From sequence record SRR31156797_350: 56,183 bases of DNA, one strand, 5' to 3'. Within the stretch, counting starts at the first letter, position 1; every line of letters starts with the position of its first letter. The notes under the pieces are model-generated. The model saw only the letters and a list, made by a program, of their open reading frames with translations, searched no databases and was not told where the DNA came from. Made by a program: the position numbers and the translations under genes. Shown here piece by piece: positions 45,920-55,732 of this stretch.

Positions 45920-47953
45920 ATGAGCTTATTTTTTAAGATATCAATAATAACTTTATTTATTTTCACAAGTCTGCGATCATCATCACAAACTGCAAAACAA
46001 AATGATTTAATTGAAAACATCATTGAAAACATAGCAGAAGAGAATGAAGAAAATCTGGATTACACTAATCTTTTAGAAGAAATAACTCTACTTATTAACA
46101 ATCCAATCAATCTGAATACTGCGGAACGTGATGATCTTCTACGATTGTACTTTCTCAACCAAAATCATATTGACAATTTGATAAAATACAGAACTACGGG
46201 CGGTGAAATTTACAGTCTCTACGAATTGCAACTCATTCCTGGTTTTTCATTCGAACTAATTAAAAACATTGAGCCTCTCATTTGTTTAAAATTGGATTCT
46301 AAGCAAATTCAAATCAGAAAAAAAGCACAGCATATCGCATTTTTAAAAAGTGAATACACATTTGAAAAGGAAAAAGGCTACAATACAGACAATGCCAATT
46401 CTAAATATCAAGGGAATGCTTGGAAATACTATACCAGATTACAATCGAAAATCCCTAATAAAGGTTTAGAGTATGGCATTACTGCAGAGAAAGATAAAGG
46501 AGAAACTTTTTTCGAAAAAGACAATAATCAAGGATTTGATTTTTATTCTGCACATTTACAAATAAAAAGATCCGGATTTTTTAAGCAAATAAACATTGGT
46601 GATTACCAAGTGAAATTTGGACAAGGAGTAAGTCTATGGTCGGGCTTGGGAGGTGGAAAATCATCTTTTACCACACAAAATGCACGAAAATATCAAGGGA
46701 TACGTGGATACAAATCTACGGATGAAAATAAATTCTTAAGAGGTCTCTCTCTTCTTTTACATCCAACTAAGAAAATAAAACTTGCTCTTTTTGCTTCATC
46801 AAAAAAAATTGATGCAAGTACCGATATTGATACTACAAGTGCTGTTGCTTCAAGCATTATTAATACAGGATTTCACAGAAATTTGAATGAAATTGACAAA
46901 GAAGATCAAGTAAAAGAAAAAATATTTGGCTCTTATCTTATTTTAAATCTAAAAAATATTGAAACGGGAATATCCTATTTACAGTATAACTATTCGCCAG
47001 AAGTAAGCATAAACGAGGATCCATATGCAGTTCACAATTTCAGTGGAAAAAGCAATTCCATTTTAAGTTTCACATATCAAACTCAAATTAATTCCATTCA
47101 TTTTTATGGGGAAGCAGCCAAAAGCAAATCTGGTGGAATGGGAATATTACAAGGAGCCAACATACAGGTTCACCCACAACTAAATCTTGAAGCTATTTTC
47201 CGAAAATACGATGAAAACTATCACGCACATTACTCCAATTCCTTCTCGGAACAAACTCGTTCGCAAAACGAAGAAGGTATCTACTTAGGTTTAAATTTTC
47301 ATCCTCTTCCAAAATGGACAATCAAAGCTTACTACGATCAATTTTGGTTTCCCTGGTTAAGATACTCTGTAGATTCTCCTAGCGATGGACATGAATATTT
47401 CTCACAAATTGAATTTACTCCGAACGAAAAAGTATCGGTTTATTTCAGATTTAAACAAGAAAATAAAGCAGAAAACTATACCGACGAAACAGTAAAGTAT
47501 CCCTTAGAAATTCAAAAAAATCAATATCGATTTCATCTTAGTGCGAAACCAGCATCAAACTGGGAAATCAGAAACCGATTGGAATTTTCTCAATTCAAAA
47601 AGAATAATTTAAACGAAAATGGTTTTTTAATTTATCAGGATATCATTTACAGATTTCCTCAAATTCCCTTACGCATGAGTATGAGATATGCTTTATTCGA
47701 TACTGATTCCTATGATACCAGAATATATGCTTACGAGAATGATGTTTTGTATGCTTATTCGGTTCCCGCATATTATTTAAAAGGAAGTAGGTTTTACATC
47801 AATTTAAATTATAAAATTGATAAAAAAATCAGTTTGTATACTCGCTATTCACAAACCAAATATCAGGATGTTGAAAGTATTGGTTCCGGTACTTCCGAAA
47901 TAAATGGCAACACAAAATCTGACTTCAAAATTCTGTTACGAATTAAATTTTAA
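45920..47953 (+). CDS. ComEA-type helix-hairpin-helix domain outer-membrane protein
   Basis: Signal peptide; PINLNTA..DL..L...I..YR...G..SLYEL..IPGF (ComEA-like HhH); EKD.GE, GDYQ.KFGQG and RIYAYEND; C-terminal Phe. Confidence 0.75.
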   Translation: MSLFFKISIITLFIFTSLRSSSQTAKQNDLIENIIENIAEENEENLDYTNLLEEITLLINNPINLNTAERDDLLRLYFLNQNHIDNLIKYRTTGGEIYSLYELQLIPGFSFELIKNIEPLICLKLDSKQIQIRKKAQHIAFLKSEYTFEKEKGYNTDNANSKYQGNAWKYYTRLQSKIPNKGLEYGITAEKDKGETFFEKDNNQGFDFYSAHLQIKRSGFFKQINIGDYQVKFGQGVSLWSGLGGGKSSFTTQNARKYQGIRGYKSTDENKFLRGLSLLLHPTKKIKLALFASSKKIDASTDIDTTSAVASSIINTGFHRNLNEIDKEDQVKEKIFGSYLILNLKNIETGISYLQYNYSPEVSINEDPYAVHNFSGKSNSILSFTYQTQINSIHFYGEAAKSKSGGMGILQGANIQVHPQLNLEAIFRKYDENYHAHYSNSFSEQTRSQNEEGIYLGLNFHPLPKWTIKAYYDQFWFPWLRYSVDSPSDGHEYFSQIEFTPNEKVSVYFRFKQENKAENYTDETVKYPLEIQKNQYRFHLSAKPASNWEIRNRLEFSQFKKNNLNENGFLIYQDIIYRFPQIPLRMSMRYALFDTDSYDTRIYAYENDVLYAYSVPAYYLKGSRFYINLNYKIDKKISLYTRYSQTKYQDVESIGSGTSEINGNTKSDFKILLRIKF

Positions 47954-48014
47954 TTCCCCTCTGTTTTCATTTCAACATTCCTTTCGTACATTCGAATGCT
48001 GAAAATAATATATC

Positions 48015-48488
48015 ATGAAAAAAATTATCAACCCATATAATTCGACCGAAAACGGAAAATGTTTCGGCTGTTCGCCAGATAACGAACAAGGTTTACAAAT
48101 GCAGTTTTTTGAACAAGATGAATACATCATCTCCGAATGGGACCCAAAATCACATTTATCAGGATTCAAAAATATTTTACATGGTGGAATTCAAACCACA
48201 ATACTAGACGAAATAGCGTGTTGGGTTGTGTTCGTAAAATGTCAGACTGCCGGAGTTACCACAGCCTTAAATGCAAAGTTTAAAAATTCTGCCTTTACGG
48301 ATAAAGGAAAGTTAACTGTACGAGCAAAATTAATTTCTCAGGAAAGAAAGTTTGCCAATATTCATGCTGAAATTATTGGTTCCGATGGAAAAGTTTGCTC
48401 CGAAGCCGAAGTTCAATATATGATTTTTCCACAAGCATTAGCAATTAAAAAATTCGAATATCCGGGCATTGAAGCATTTTATGAATAA
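48015..48488 (+). CDS. PaaI/hotdog-fold thioesterase
   Basis: CFGC...N..GL and LHGG..TILDE motifs. Confidence 0.88.
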   Translation: MKKIINPYNSTENGKCFGCSPDNEQGLQMQFFEQDEYIISEWDPKSHLSGFKNILHGGIQTTILDEIACWVVFVKCQTAGVTTALNAKFKNSAFTDKGKLTVRAKLISQERKFANIHAEIIGSDGKVCSEAEVQYMIFPQALAIKKFEYPGIEAFYE

Positions 48489-48491
48489 AAT

Positions 48492-49397
48492 TTAGAAGGC
48501 TTCAGTTTCTGATTTGTATTTTTCCCATCGTTTCTCCTCCATTTCCATAAATCGACCAAATTTATATGGAGGATCGATGGAAATATTCATCTCTTCATTT
48601 GTATCCGGGTGTGTAAATTGTAATCCTGCCGCGCAAAGAAACAATCCTTTCCCTCGTAAAATTTCACCTTCAATTCCATACAACTTATCACCCAAAATTG
48701 GGGTTCCTAATCCAGCCATATGAATACGCAACTGGTGCGTTCTTCCTGTTTCGGGATAAAGATGGACCATACTCAAAAATTTATTCCGAATCGATGGTGA
48801 CTTTTTCACCAATTCATAAGTACTTACCGCATCTTTATCATCCACCTGCATATCTATTTTACCTTTATTGGGAAGTGCGCCAATCACTACAGCACAATAT
48901 CTCTTTTTCACTTCTCTATTCTCAAACTGTTTTCCCAAATGAGCCGACGATTCAGCTGTTTTGGCAATAAGCAGGAGTCCACATGTAGGACTATCAATCC
49001 GGTGAACCGGACGAAAAACTGGCAAAGCATTTTTCCTCATTGAAAGTCTCAAGTTAAATGGCAAAGCATTCTTAATCGTTTTAAACTGATTTCCACTTAC
49101 CGAAATTCCTCCTGGTTTGTTTATCACAGCTATGTAATCATCTTCGTAAATCACCTCCAAAGGCAATTCATAAATTTTACTTGGAGGTATCTCCAAATCG
49201 TATAATTCTATTCTAAATCCACTTTTCACCCACAAACCAGTTGATGCTTCAATGCCATTAACATGAATCATTCCTCTTTTTATGGCTTTCTTAACTCCTT
49301 GAAATGAAGAAATACTTGAGAAAATATTTGGAGCATAATCTTGTAGTCTGATACTCTCAATTCCTTCTGGAACAATATGGGCTTCGATTAATTTCAC
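48492..49397 (-). CDS. RluA/RluD-family pseudouridine synthase
   Basis: S4-like N-terminus; NKPGG, VHRID, TGRTHQLRIH and PILGD.LY; GTG start. Confidence 0.92.
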   Translation of the reverse strand: MKLIEAHIVPEGIESIRLQDYAPNIFSSISSFQGVKKAIKRGMIHVNGIEASTGLWVKSGFRIELYDLEIPPSKIYELPLEVIYEDDYIAVINKPGGISVSGNQFKTIKNALPFNLRLSMRKNALPVFRPVHRIDSPTCGLLLIAKTAESSAHLGKQFENREVKKRYCAVVIGALPNKGKIDMQVDDKDAVSTYELVKKSPSIRNKFLSMVHLYPETGRTHQLRIHMAGLGTPILGDKLYGIEGEILRGKGLFLCAAGLQFTHPDTNEEMNISIDPPYKFGRFMEMEEKRWEKYKSETEAF

Positions 49398-49658
49398 GAT
49401 TTTATTTTAAAATGATTTGCAAATATAAGATAAGACAAAATCATTAAAAAAATTATCAGAATTGGATTAAAACAAATTTCAAACAAGCAATAATAAATTG
49501 ATTTTTGCAGTAATACAGCCTACTTTAAGCTTAATTTTAATTCATTAAAAATTAAAACTATCACTTGCAAAACCTTACGCAAACCTTTTAAAACGGACAT
49601 TTAGAAAATAATTTATCTCGCATTGGACAGAAATAATTTTGTAATTTAAAATTTTTAC

Positions 49659-49666
49659 TAATTTTG
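49659..49666 (+). promoter_or_regulatory. -7 promoter element for the ybaK operon
   Basis: TAATTTTG followed by CCGC; a second copy at 49634-49641 could supply the -33 TTTG. Confidence 0.6.
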
Positions 49667-49753
49667 CCGCTCATTAAAAAAGATCATCTGGGAAACTGGT
49701 AATTCCCGATACGAAAAACATAAGTTTTAACTATCGGGCCAAAAAACGAAAGG

Positions 49754-50245
49754 ATGAAGAAAACAAATGCAGCTCGCATTTTAGATCGGGCAAAAATAGA
49801 ATATGAGATTATCGACTACGATGTGGATCCAATAGAATTGGGTGCTGAACGCGTGGCCGAAAAAACTGGACAACATATTCAACACATATACAAAACTCTT
49901 GTACTTTCCGGAGATAAAACGGGAGTTATTGTTGCCTGCATACCTGGTTCATCCGAACTCGACCTTAAATCCATTGCACAAATTAGTAAAAATAAAAAAT
50001 GTGCTATGGTTCCCATGAAAAATATTCAAGATATTACAGGTTATATCCGCGGAGGCTGTTCACCTTTAGGTATGAAAAAGGATTTTCCATTGTTTATGGA
50101 TGAATCTGCTTATAATCTGGAGTATATTTTAATTAGCGCCGGATTAAGAGGTAAGCAAATCAAAATAAATCCTAAAGATCTAAAATCAGTAACTAATGCA
50201 GTTGTTAGCTTAATTTCAAATCCAAAATCCGAAACAACATGTTAG
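49754..50245 (+). CDS. ybaK: Cys-tRNA(Pro) deacylase
   Basis: KTNAARIL, YKTLV, LDLK, TGYIRGGCSPLG and SAG.RG motifs. Confidence 0.93.
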   Translation: MKKTNAARILDRAKIEYEIIDYDVDPIELGAERVAEKTGQHIQHIYKTLVLSGDKTGVIVACIPGSSELDLKSIAQISKNKKCAMVPMKNIQDITGYIRGGCSPLGMKKDFPLFMDESAYNLEYILISAGLRGKQIKINPKDLKSVTNAVVSLISNPKSETTC

Positions 50246-50877
50246 ATTACAAAGCTATAATTTGGGATTACAACGGAACTCTTCTAAACGATTTATCGAT
50301 AGGTGTTGAGTGCATAAATAGAATGCTAACCAAAAGAGGCTTGCCATTACTTACAACCGAAAGTTATCGTGATGTATTTACTTTTCCTGTAAAGAAATAT
50401 TACGAACTGGTTGGTTTTGATTTTAACAAAGAAGATTGGGACAAAGCTGCCAAAGAATTCATAGCTCATTATACATCTCTTTTGCCTGAATCAGGTATTT
50501 TTCCTGAAGCCATACAATTACTTTCTCATTTTTCAACAAATGGTAAAAAGCAATTCATTTTATCGGCAATGGAGCAAAACATGCTAAATCAATCAACAAA
50601 AACTGAAAATATCAGAAAATATTTCGACGAAATTTCTGGCATTGATAACATATATGCAAGCTCTAAAATTGAAAACGGATTAAAATTAATCGAAAAGCAT
50701 CAGCTACAAGCACATGAAGTTTGCTTATTAGGTGATACAACTCACGATTACGAAGTTGCCAAAGAATTGGGATGCCAATGTATTTTAATTGCTGCAGGTC
50801 ATCAATCAATTGATAAATTAAAACAAACTGGTTGTCCGAAGGTGGTCAATCATTTAAATGATATAATACAGAACTAA
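50239..50877 (+). CDS. HAD-family phosphatase
   Basis: WDYNGTL, ILSA and GDT.HD motifs; overlaps the ybaK stop. Confidence 0.85.
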   Translation: MLDYKAIIWDYNGTLLNDLSIGVECINRMLTKRGLPLLTTESYRDVFTFPVKKYYELVGFDFNKEDWDKAAKEFIAHYTSLLPESGIFPEAIQLLSHFSTNGKKQFILSAMEQNMLNQSTKTENIRKYFDEISGIDNIYASSKIENGLKLIEKHQLQAHEVCLLGDTTHDYEVAKELGCQCILIAAGHQSIDKLKQTGCPKVVNHLNDIIQN

Positions 50878-50933
50878 ACAACCATTTATTTATATTTCAC
50901 TTTTATTTTCTACTAAACAATCATTTTTAAATT

Positions 50934-51614
50934 ATGAAAAAACTTATTGTAATCTTCGCTGTTCTTGTTTCATTTGCTGCTAGCTCGCAAAACCTTCAAT
51001 TACACCGTGATTTTGACAGAGGTCATTTTACAACAACTTTTGAAATGTTCAAAATGGATAAATGGGGTAACACATTTACTTTTATTGATTTTGATTACGA
51101 TGCTGAAAACGGAATTAACCAAGGATATTTCGAGATTGCTCGTGTATTGAAAACAGAAAAAATGCCTATCGGTTTACACATTGAGTACAATGGTGGTGTT
51201 GGAAACGCTGAAACTGCAATTGGAGATTTTGGTTATACCATTAATGATGCATGGATTTTTGGTTTAAATTATGCAAAAGGTGGAGCAAAAAGTGGTTTCT
51301 CAACTTATGCTGGTTACAAGGCAATTAAAGATGCTGGTAAAGCTAACTTCCAAATTACAGGAACATGGTATGTTAACTTTTTCGATGGCAAAATGACTTT
51401 CTCAGGTTTTGCTGATCTTTGGTCAGAAAATGGAGACGATGAAGCTATTGCTGCTGGTAGCGTTTCAGATGATCTTGTATTCTTAACTGAGCCTCAATTA
51501 TGGTATAATGCTACTAAAAACTTTTCTTTTGGTGGTGAAGTTGAAGTATCAAACAATTTTGCTGGTGGCGATTTCGAAGTTCGTCCAACTTTAGCAGTAA
51601 AGTGGAATTTCTAA
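50934..51614 (+). CDS. DUF5020 / Tsx-like outer-membrane channel
   Basis: Signal peptide; QNLQLHRDF, TT.EMFK.DKWG.TF.FIDFDY, EYNGG, EPQLWYN and KWNF terminus. Confidence 0.75.
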   Translation: MKKLIVIFAVLVSFAASSQNLQLHRDFDRGHFTTTFEMFKMDKWGNTFTFIDFDYDAENGINQGYFEIARVLKTEKMPIGLHIEYNGGVGNAETAIGDFGYTINDAWIFGLNYAKGGAKSGFSTYAGYKAIKDAGKANFQITGTWYVNFFDGKMTFSGFADLWSENGDDEAIAAGSVSDDLVFLTEPQLWYNATKNFSFGGEVEVSNNFAGGDFEVRPTLAVKWNF

Positions 51615-51690
51615 TATTCGATTTTTTACAATAAAAATATAGTTGCTTGGTATGTAACATTTACCAAGCAACGACAATACACAAACAACC

Positions 51691-53013
51691 ATGTTAGATA
51701 AATTTTTTAATATTACCGGACTGGGTTCAACCATGAAGACAGAAATTGTCGCTGGTTTGACAACCTTTGCCACAATGGCTTATATCTTAGCCGTTAATCC
51801 ATATTTTCTTTCCGTTGCAGGGATGGATTATGGTGCTGTAATGACAGCAACTGCCTTATCTGCAGTAATTGCTACTTTGGTTATGGCTTTGGTTGCAAAA
51901 TTACCATTTGCATTGGCTCCTGGAATGGGATTAAATGCATTTTTTGCATTCACCGTTTGCGGTGTAATGGGATGTAGCTGGCAGTTGGCTTTAACAGCAG
52001 TACTTGCCGAAGGGATCATCTTCCTTTTACTAACATTCTTTAATGTTCGTGAAGCTATTATCAACTCCATTCCTAAAAACATTAAGCACGCCATTTCGGT
52101 AGGTATCGGTCTATTTATTGCATTTATCGGATTAGCCCACCAGGATGTTGCTATTATTGTACAAGGTCAGGGAATCCCTGTTCACATGGGTAACCTACAC
52201 TCTCCTGGTGCATTACTTTGTATTGCGGGTATCATCATTATTGGTGTTCTTCACATTCGTAAAGTAAAAGGAGCTATCCTAATCGGATTATTGCTTGTTA
52301 CTGTTCTTGGATTAATTCCAGGATTAGACGTTACCAGTCTTCCTAAAGATGGAAGCATTGTAAGTCTTCCTCCATCATTAGAGCCTATCTTCTTTAAGTT
52401 TGTAGGTTGGGATGAAATCTTTTCCTGGAAGTTTGTAACCATCCTATTTGTATTCCTTTTTGTTGATATGTTTGATACTGTAGGGACTCTTGTAGGCGTA
52501 GCTTCTAAAGCCGATATTCTAACTGAAGACGGTAAAGTACCACGTGCAAAACAAGCTTTATTAGCTGATGCTGTTGGAACTACTGCCGGAGCCATGATGG
52601 GAACTTCTACTGTTACAACTTATGTTGAGAGTGCTGCTGGTGTTGCCGAAGGTGGTAAAACAGGAATGACATCTCTTACCGTTGCAATCATGTTCTTTTT
52701 AGCCTTGTTCTTTACTCCATTATTTACAATGATTCCTGCGGCTGCAAGTTCATCTGTATTGGTAATTATCGGTATTTTCATGATGAGTCCAATCACCAAA
52801 ATTAATTTTGATGATTATTCAGAATTTATACCAGCTTTCCTTACCATGATTATGATGCCATTTACTTATAGTATTGCAGAAGGTATTGCTTTCGGTATGC
52901 TTTCTTATGTAGTCCTAAAAGTACTTACTGGTAAATACAAAGATCTTAATATCGCAATGATTTGTATCGCTATTTTATTTGTAATAAAGTACGTTTATAA
53001 TATTGGAGAATAA
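51691..53013 (+). CDS. NCS2/AzgA-type purine (guanine/hypoxanthine/adenine) permease
   Basis: E..AGLTTF.TMAYILAVNP, APGMGLNAFF, DMFDT.GT, TTYVESAAG and PFTYSIA.GI motifs. Confidence 0.93.
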   Translation: MLDKFFNITGLGSTMKTEIVAGLTTFATMAYILAVNPYFLSVAGMDYGAVMTATALSAVIATLVMALVAKLPFALAPGMGLNAFFAFTVCGVMGCSWQLALTAVLAEGIIFLLLTFFNVREAIINSIPKNIKHAISVGIGLFIAFIGLAHQDVAIIVQGQGIPVHMGNLHSPGALLCIAGIIIIGVLHIRKVKGAILIGLLLVTVLGLIPGLDVTSLPKDGSIVSLPPSLEPIFFKFVGWDEIFSWKFVTILFVFLFVDMFDTVGTLVGVASKADILTEDGKVPRAKQALLADAVGTTAGAMMGTSTVTTYVESAAGVAEGGKTGMTSLTVAIMFFLALFFTPLFTMIPAAASSSVLVIIGIFMMSPITKINFDDYSEFIPAFLTMIMMPFTYSIAEGIAFGMLSYVVLKVLTGKYKDLNIAMICIAILFVIKYVYNIGE

Positions 53014-53098
53014 TTATTTCAACAATTACAACCTTGTTTATTATTAAATTCTATTTCGTTTAAGTGATGATTTTCGAATGGAATTTACCATATTCAAT

Positions 53099-53133
53099 AA
53101 CCCTTTCCATACTTATGGAAAGGGTTTTTCTTT
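53099..53133 (+). terminator. Intrinsic terminator after the purine permease
   Basis: AACCCTTTCCATA-CT-TATGGAAAGGGTTTTT. Confidence 0.9.
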
Positions 53134-53275
53134 TCTACTACTTCCAAATCAAAATTTACAATCAGAATCTCATCTGCATTTATATATCATTCATACTGAT
53201 TATACGCTGATTCATCCTAACTTTCCACTCTCACTCTCGTAGAACCTAACAAGATAGACCCGAAAAAAGAGAGAT

Positions 53276-54124
53276 ATGAGAACAGGAAAGGGATTATGCT
53301 ACATGGTAGCCGCTATACTGCTTTACACATCATGTGATTCATCAGAGCATGAACTTGATGTAAAAATTACCAACTCAGTTAATATTGAAGAAAATGCAAT
53401 GATTAATTGCATCTTGGAAAACATCACAAATGAAGTTGAATTAAGTCTACTAAGAGGGGGTTCAAATGAAAATCCAGAAAAAGATTCAATTCCCGTGGTA
53501 AAGATGAGTTCAGACGGCTCGCACAGCAATAATCAGTATTTGATTATCGACTATGGTATAAATAACCAAATTGATTACCTGGGACATGCTAAGCGAGGTA
53601 AGATATGTAGTGAAGTATTTGGTAGCATTACAACAGAACAGAGTACCCAATTCATCCATTTCGAAGAGTTCTATATTAATGACCTAAAGATTTCTGGAAA
53701 TATAAATATTATAACAATTGGTTTTAACAGCAACAATTGTCTTTGCTTTGATATTACCTATGACAATATCGAATTTGAATCCAACTCAGGGAAAACATAT
53801 ACCGTAAATGGAAGCAAAACTAGAGAGTGGATTCAAGGGTACAATACTCAGGAATATCTTTGGGATGATGTATTTTTAGTAAACGGCTCTTTATCGGGGA
53901 TTAACTCAGAAGAAAGAAATTATACTGTCGAAATCACGAGTCCGTTATTAATAAGTCATTCATGTGAATTCATAACCGAAGGAGAAATCTCTTTTATTGT
54001 GGAAAAGGAAAAAAGCATCTACAATTTTGGTAATGGGAAATGTGACAATAAAGGTTATTTTAATAGAAAAGGGGAACAGTCTAAATTTGAATTTGGACGC
54101 TACGAATTCAGATATGACCATTAA
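53276..54124 (+). CDS. Hypothetical beta-rich lipoprotein
   Basis: Lipobox LLYTSC followed by DSSE; IDYG...RGKI, DDVF..NG and FG.G.CD patterns. Confidence 0.65.
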   Translation: MRTGKGLCYMVAAILLYTSCDSSEHELDVKITNSVNIEENAMINCILENITNEVELSLLRGGSNENPEKDSIPVVKMSSDGSHSNNQYLIIDYGINNQIDYLGHAKRGKICSEVFGSITTEQSTQFIHFEEFYINDLKISGNINIITIGFNSNNCLCFDITYDNIEFESNSGKTYTVNGSKTREWIQGYNTQEYLWDDVFLVNGSLSGINSEERNYTVEITSPLLISHSCEFITEGEISFIVEKEKSIYNFGNGKCDNKGYFNRKGEQSKFEFGRYEFRYDH

Positions 54125-54170
54125 AGAAAAATAATTCTTTATTTTTATTACACTTACAATAGCCGCAAAT

Positions 54171-54194
54171 AAAAAAAGCCCCTAAAAGGGGCTT
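54171..54194 (-). terminator. Intrinsic terminator for the uracil permease
   Basis: AAGCCCCT-AAA-AGGGGCTT with a T7 tail on the minus strand. Confidence 0.8.
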
Positions 54195-54286
54195 AATATA
54201 TAAAAGGGATGTTAAACCCAAATCGAAACTTAGGTTAACAGAATCTAATTTAATCATTTTTGAACAAAATAATTAATTAAAATTAA

Positions 54287-55519
54287 TTATTCTACTTTAC
54301 TACCTTTAATTGGTGTTGACTTATCAGGTAAAATCAGATTCAAAATAACTCCTACAACTGATGCAAGACCAATACCTGCAAGAGAGAAGTTTCCGTATGT
54401 TATTTGAGCTCCACCTATACCTACAGTTAATACAATAGAAACAATTACTTGATTTCTTGTTTTTGAGAAATCCGTTTTTGCATCGATTAATGTTTTAATT
54501 CCAATTCCTGCAATCATACCGAAAAGTAATAACATGATACCACCTAAAACTGCTTGAGGAATTGTTTTTAAGAATGCACTAACTTTTCCAATCATTGAGA
54601 ACACAAGTGCTGTTATAGCTGCAATTCTTAATACTCGTGGATCAACAACCTTAGTTAAAGCAATTGCACCTGTAACTTCTGAATAAGTTGTATTTGGAGG
54701 TCCACCAAAAAAACCTGCAAAAGCAGTAGCCACACCATCTCCCAATAAGGTTCTGTTTAAGCCTGGTTTTTTAACAAACTCTTTGTTTGCAACACCTCCA
54801 ATAGCATACATATCTCCCACATGCTCAATAATTGGTGCAAAAGCAACAGGAATCATATAAAGAACTGCACTCCAATTTAATTCTGGACGAACAAATTCTG
54901 GTAAAGCAAACCAGGCAGCCTCTTTAATTGGAGTAAAATCAACCTGTCCTAAAAATATCGAAACTGTATAGCCAACCACTATAGCAGCAAAAATTGGGAT
55001 CAATTTTAAAATACCTTTAGTGTATACTACAATTAAAACAGCTGTTAATAATGCTATTGATGAAATTATCCAATTGGTTTTTGCCATATTAACTGCAACT
55101 GGCGCTAATGATAAACCAATTAACATGATAACCGGACCAACAACAATGGATGGGAAAATTTTCTCAATTACTCCCAATCCCCAAAGTTTAATTACTCCAG
55201 AAAAAATTCCGTAAACCAAACCAACTGCAATTAAACCAGAGAGAGTTCCAGGTAAACCATACAATTGAGTCGCCGCAACAATTGGAGCAATAAAGGCAAA
55301 ACTACTGCCTAAAAAAACAGGAACCATACCTTTTGTGATTAAATGAAAAATCAAGGTTCCGATTCCTGCTGTAAATAATGCGACCGCTGGATCAATGCCA
55401 ACTAATAGGGGGACTAAGACAGTTGCGCCAAATGCGACAAATAAAAACTGTATTCCCAGAATAATTCTTTTGGCGGGATTTTGAATACCCTGCTCTTTAG
55501 GATTTTGAAATAGGATCAT
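54287..55519 (-). CDS. uraA: Uracil/xanthine permease (NCS2, UraA/PyrP)
   Basis: QFLFVAFGATVLVP, FLGSSFAF, EHVGD and GGPPNTTYSEVTG motifs. Confidence 0.9.
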   Translation of the reverse strand: MILFQNPKEQGIQNPAKRIILGIQFLFVAFGATVLVPLLVGIDPAVALFTAGIGTLIFHLITKGMVPVFLGSSFAFIAPIVAATQLYGLPGTLSGLIAVGLVYGIFSGVIKLWGLGVIEKIFPSIVVGPVIMLIGLSLAPVAVNMAKTNWIISSIALLTAVLIVVYTKGILKLIPIFAAIVVGYTVSIFLGQVDFTPIKEAAWFALPEFVRPELNWSAVLYMIPVAFAPIIEHVGDMYAIGGVANKEFVKKPGLNRTLLGDGVATAFAGFFGGPPNTTYSEVTGAIALTKVVDPRVLRIAAITALVFSMIGKVSAFLKTIPQAVLGGIMLLLFGMIAGIGIKTLIDAKTDFSKTRNQVIVSIVLTVGIGGAQITYGNFSLAGIGLASVVGVILNLILPDKSTPIKGSKVE

Positions 55520-55549
55520 AAAATGGATTTAAAAATTCACAAATTGGCG

Positions 55550-55557
55550 CAAAGATA
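55550..55557 (-). promoter_or_regulatory. -7 promoter element for uraA
   Basis: TATCTTTG followed by CGCC on the minus strand. Confidence 0.65.
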
Positions 55558-55732
55558 ATAAGGAAGTTTGAACTGGCAAATCTGAAAATCTCAATAAATC
55601 AACGCAAAGGAGTGCATAATCCACTATTCTATTAAGTATATCTTTAATAGAGGTAAACTGCTACAAATTAATATCTAGCTTATAAAGAAAAGGTTCAATT
55701 CAAAATAGTGAAGTTTGAAAGCTATTTTAGTT

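Noticed and set aside
49567-49588. Direct repeat GCAAA(A)CCTT in the rluA/ybaK spacer as a PurR-like operator
   Set aside because: Only a half-site match in AT-rich DNA; too weak without comparative data.
210-55214. Many 60-115 aa ORFs in the track overlapping larger genes
   Set aside because: Antisense or off-frame shadows of well-supported genes with no recognisable motifs.
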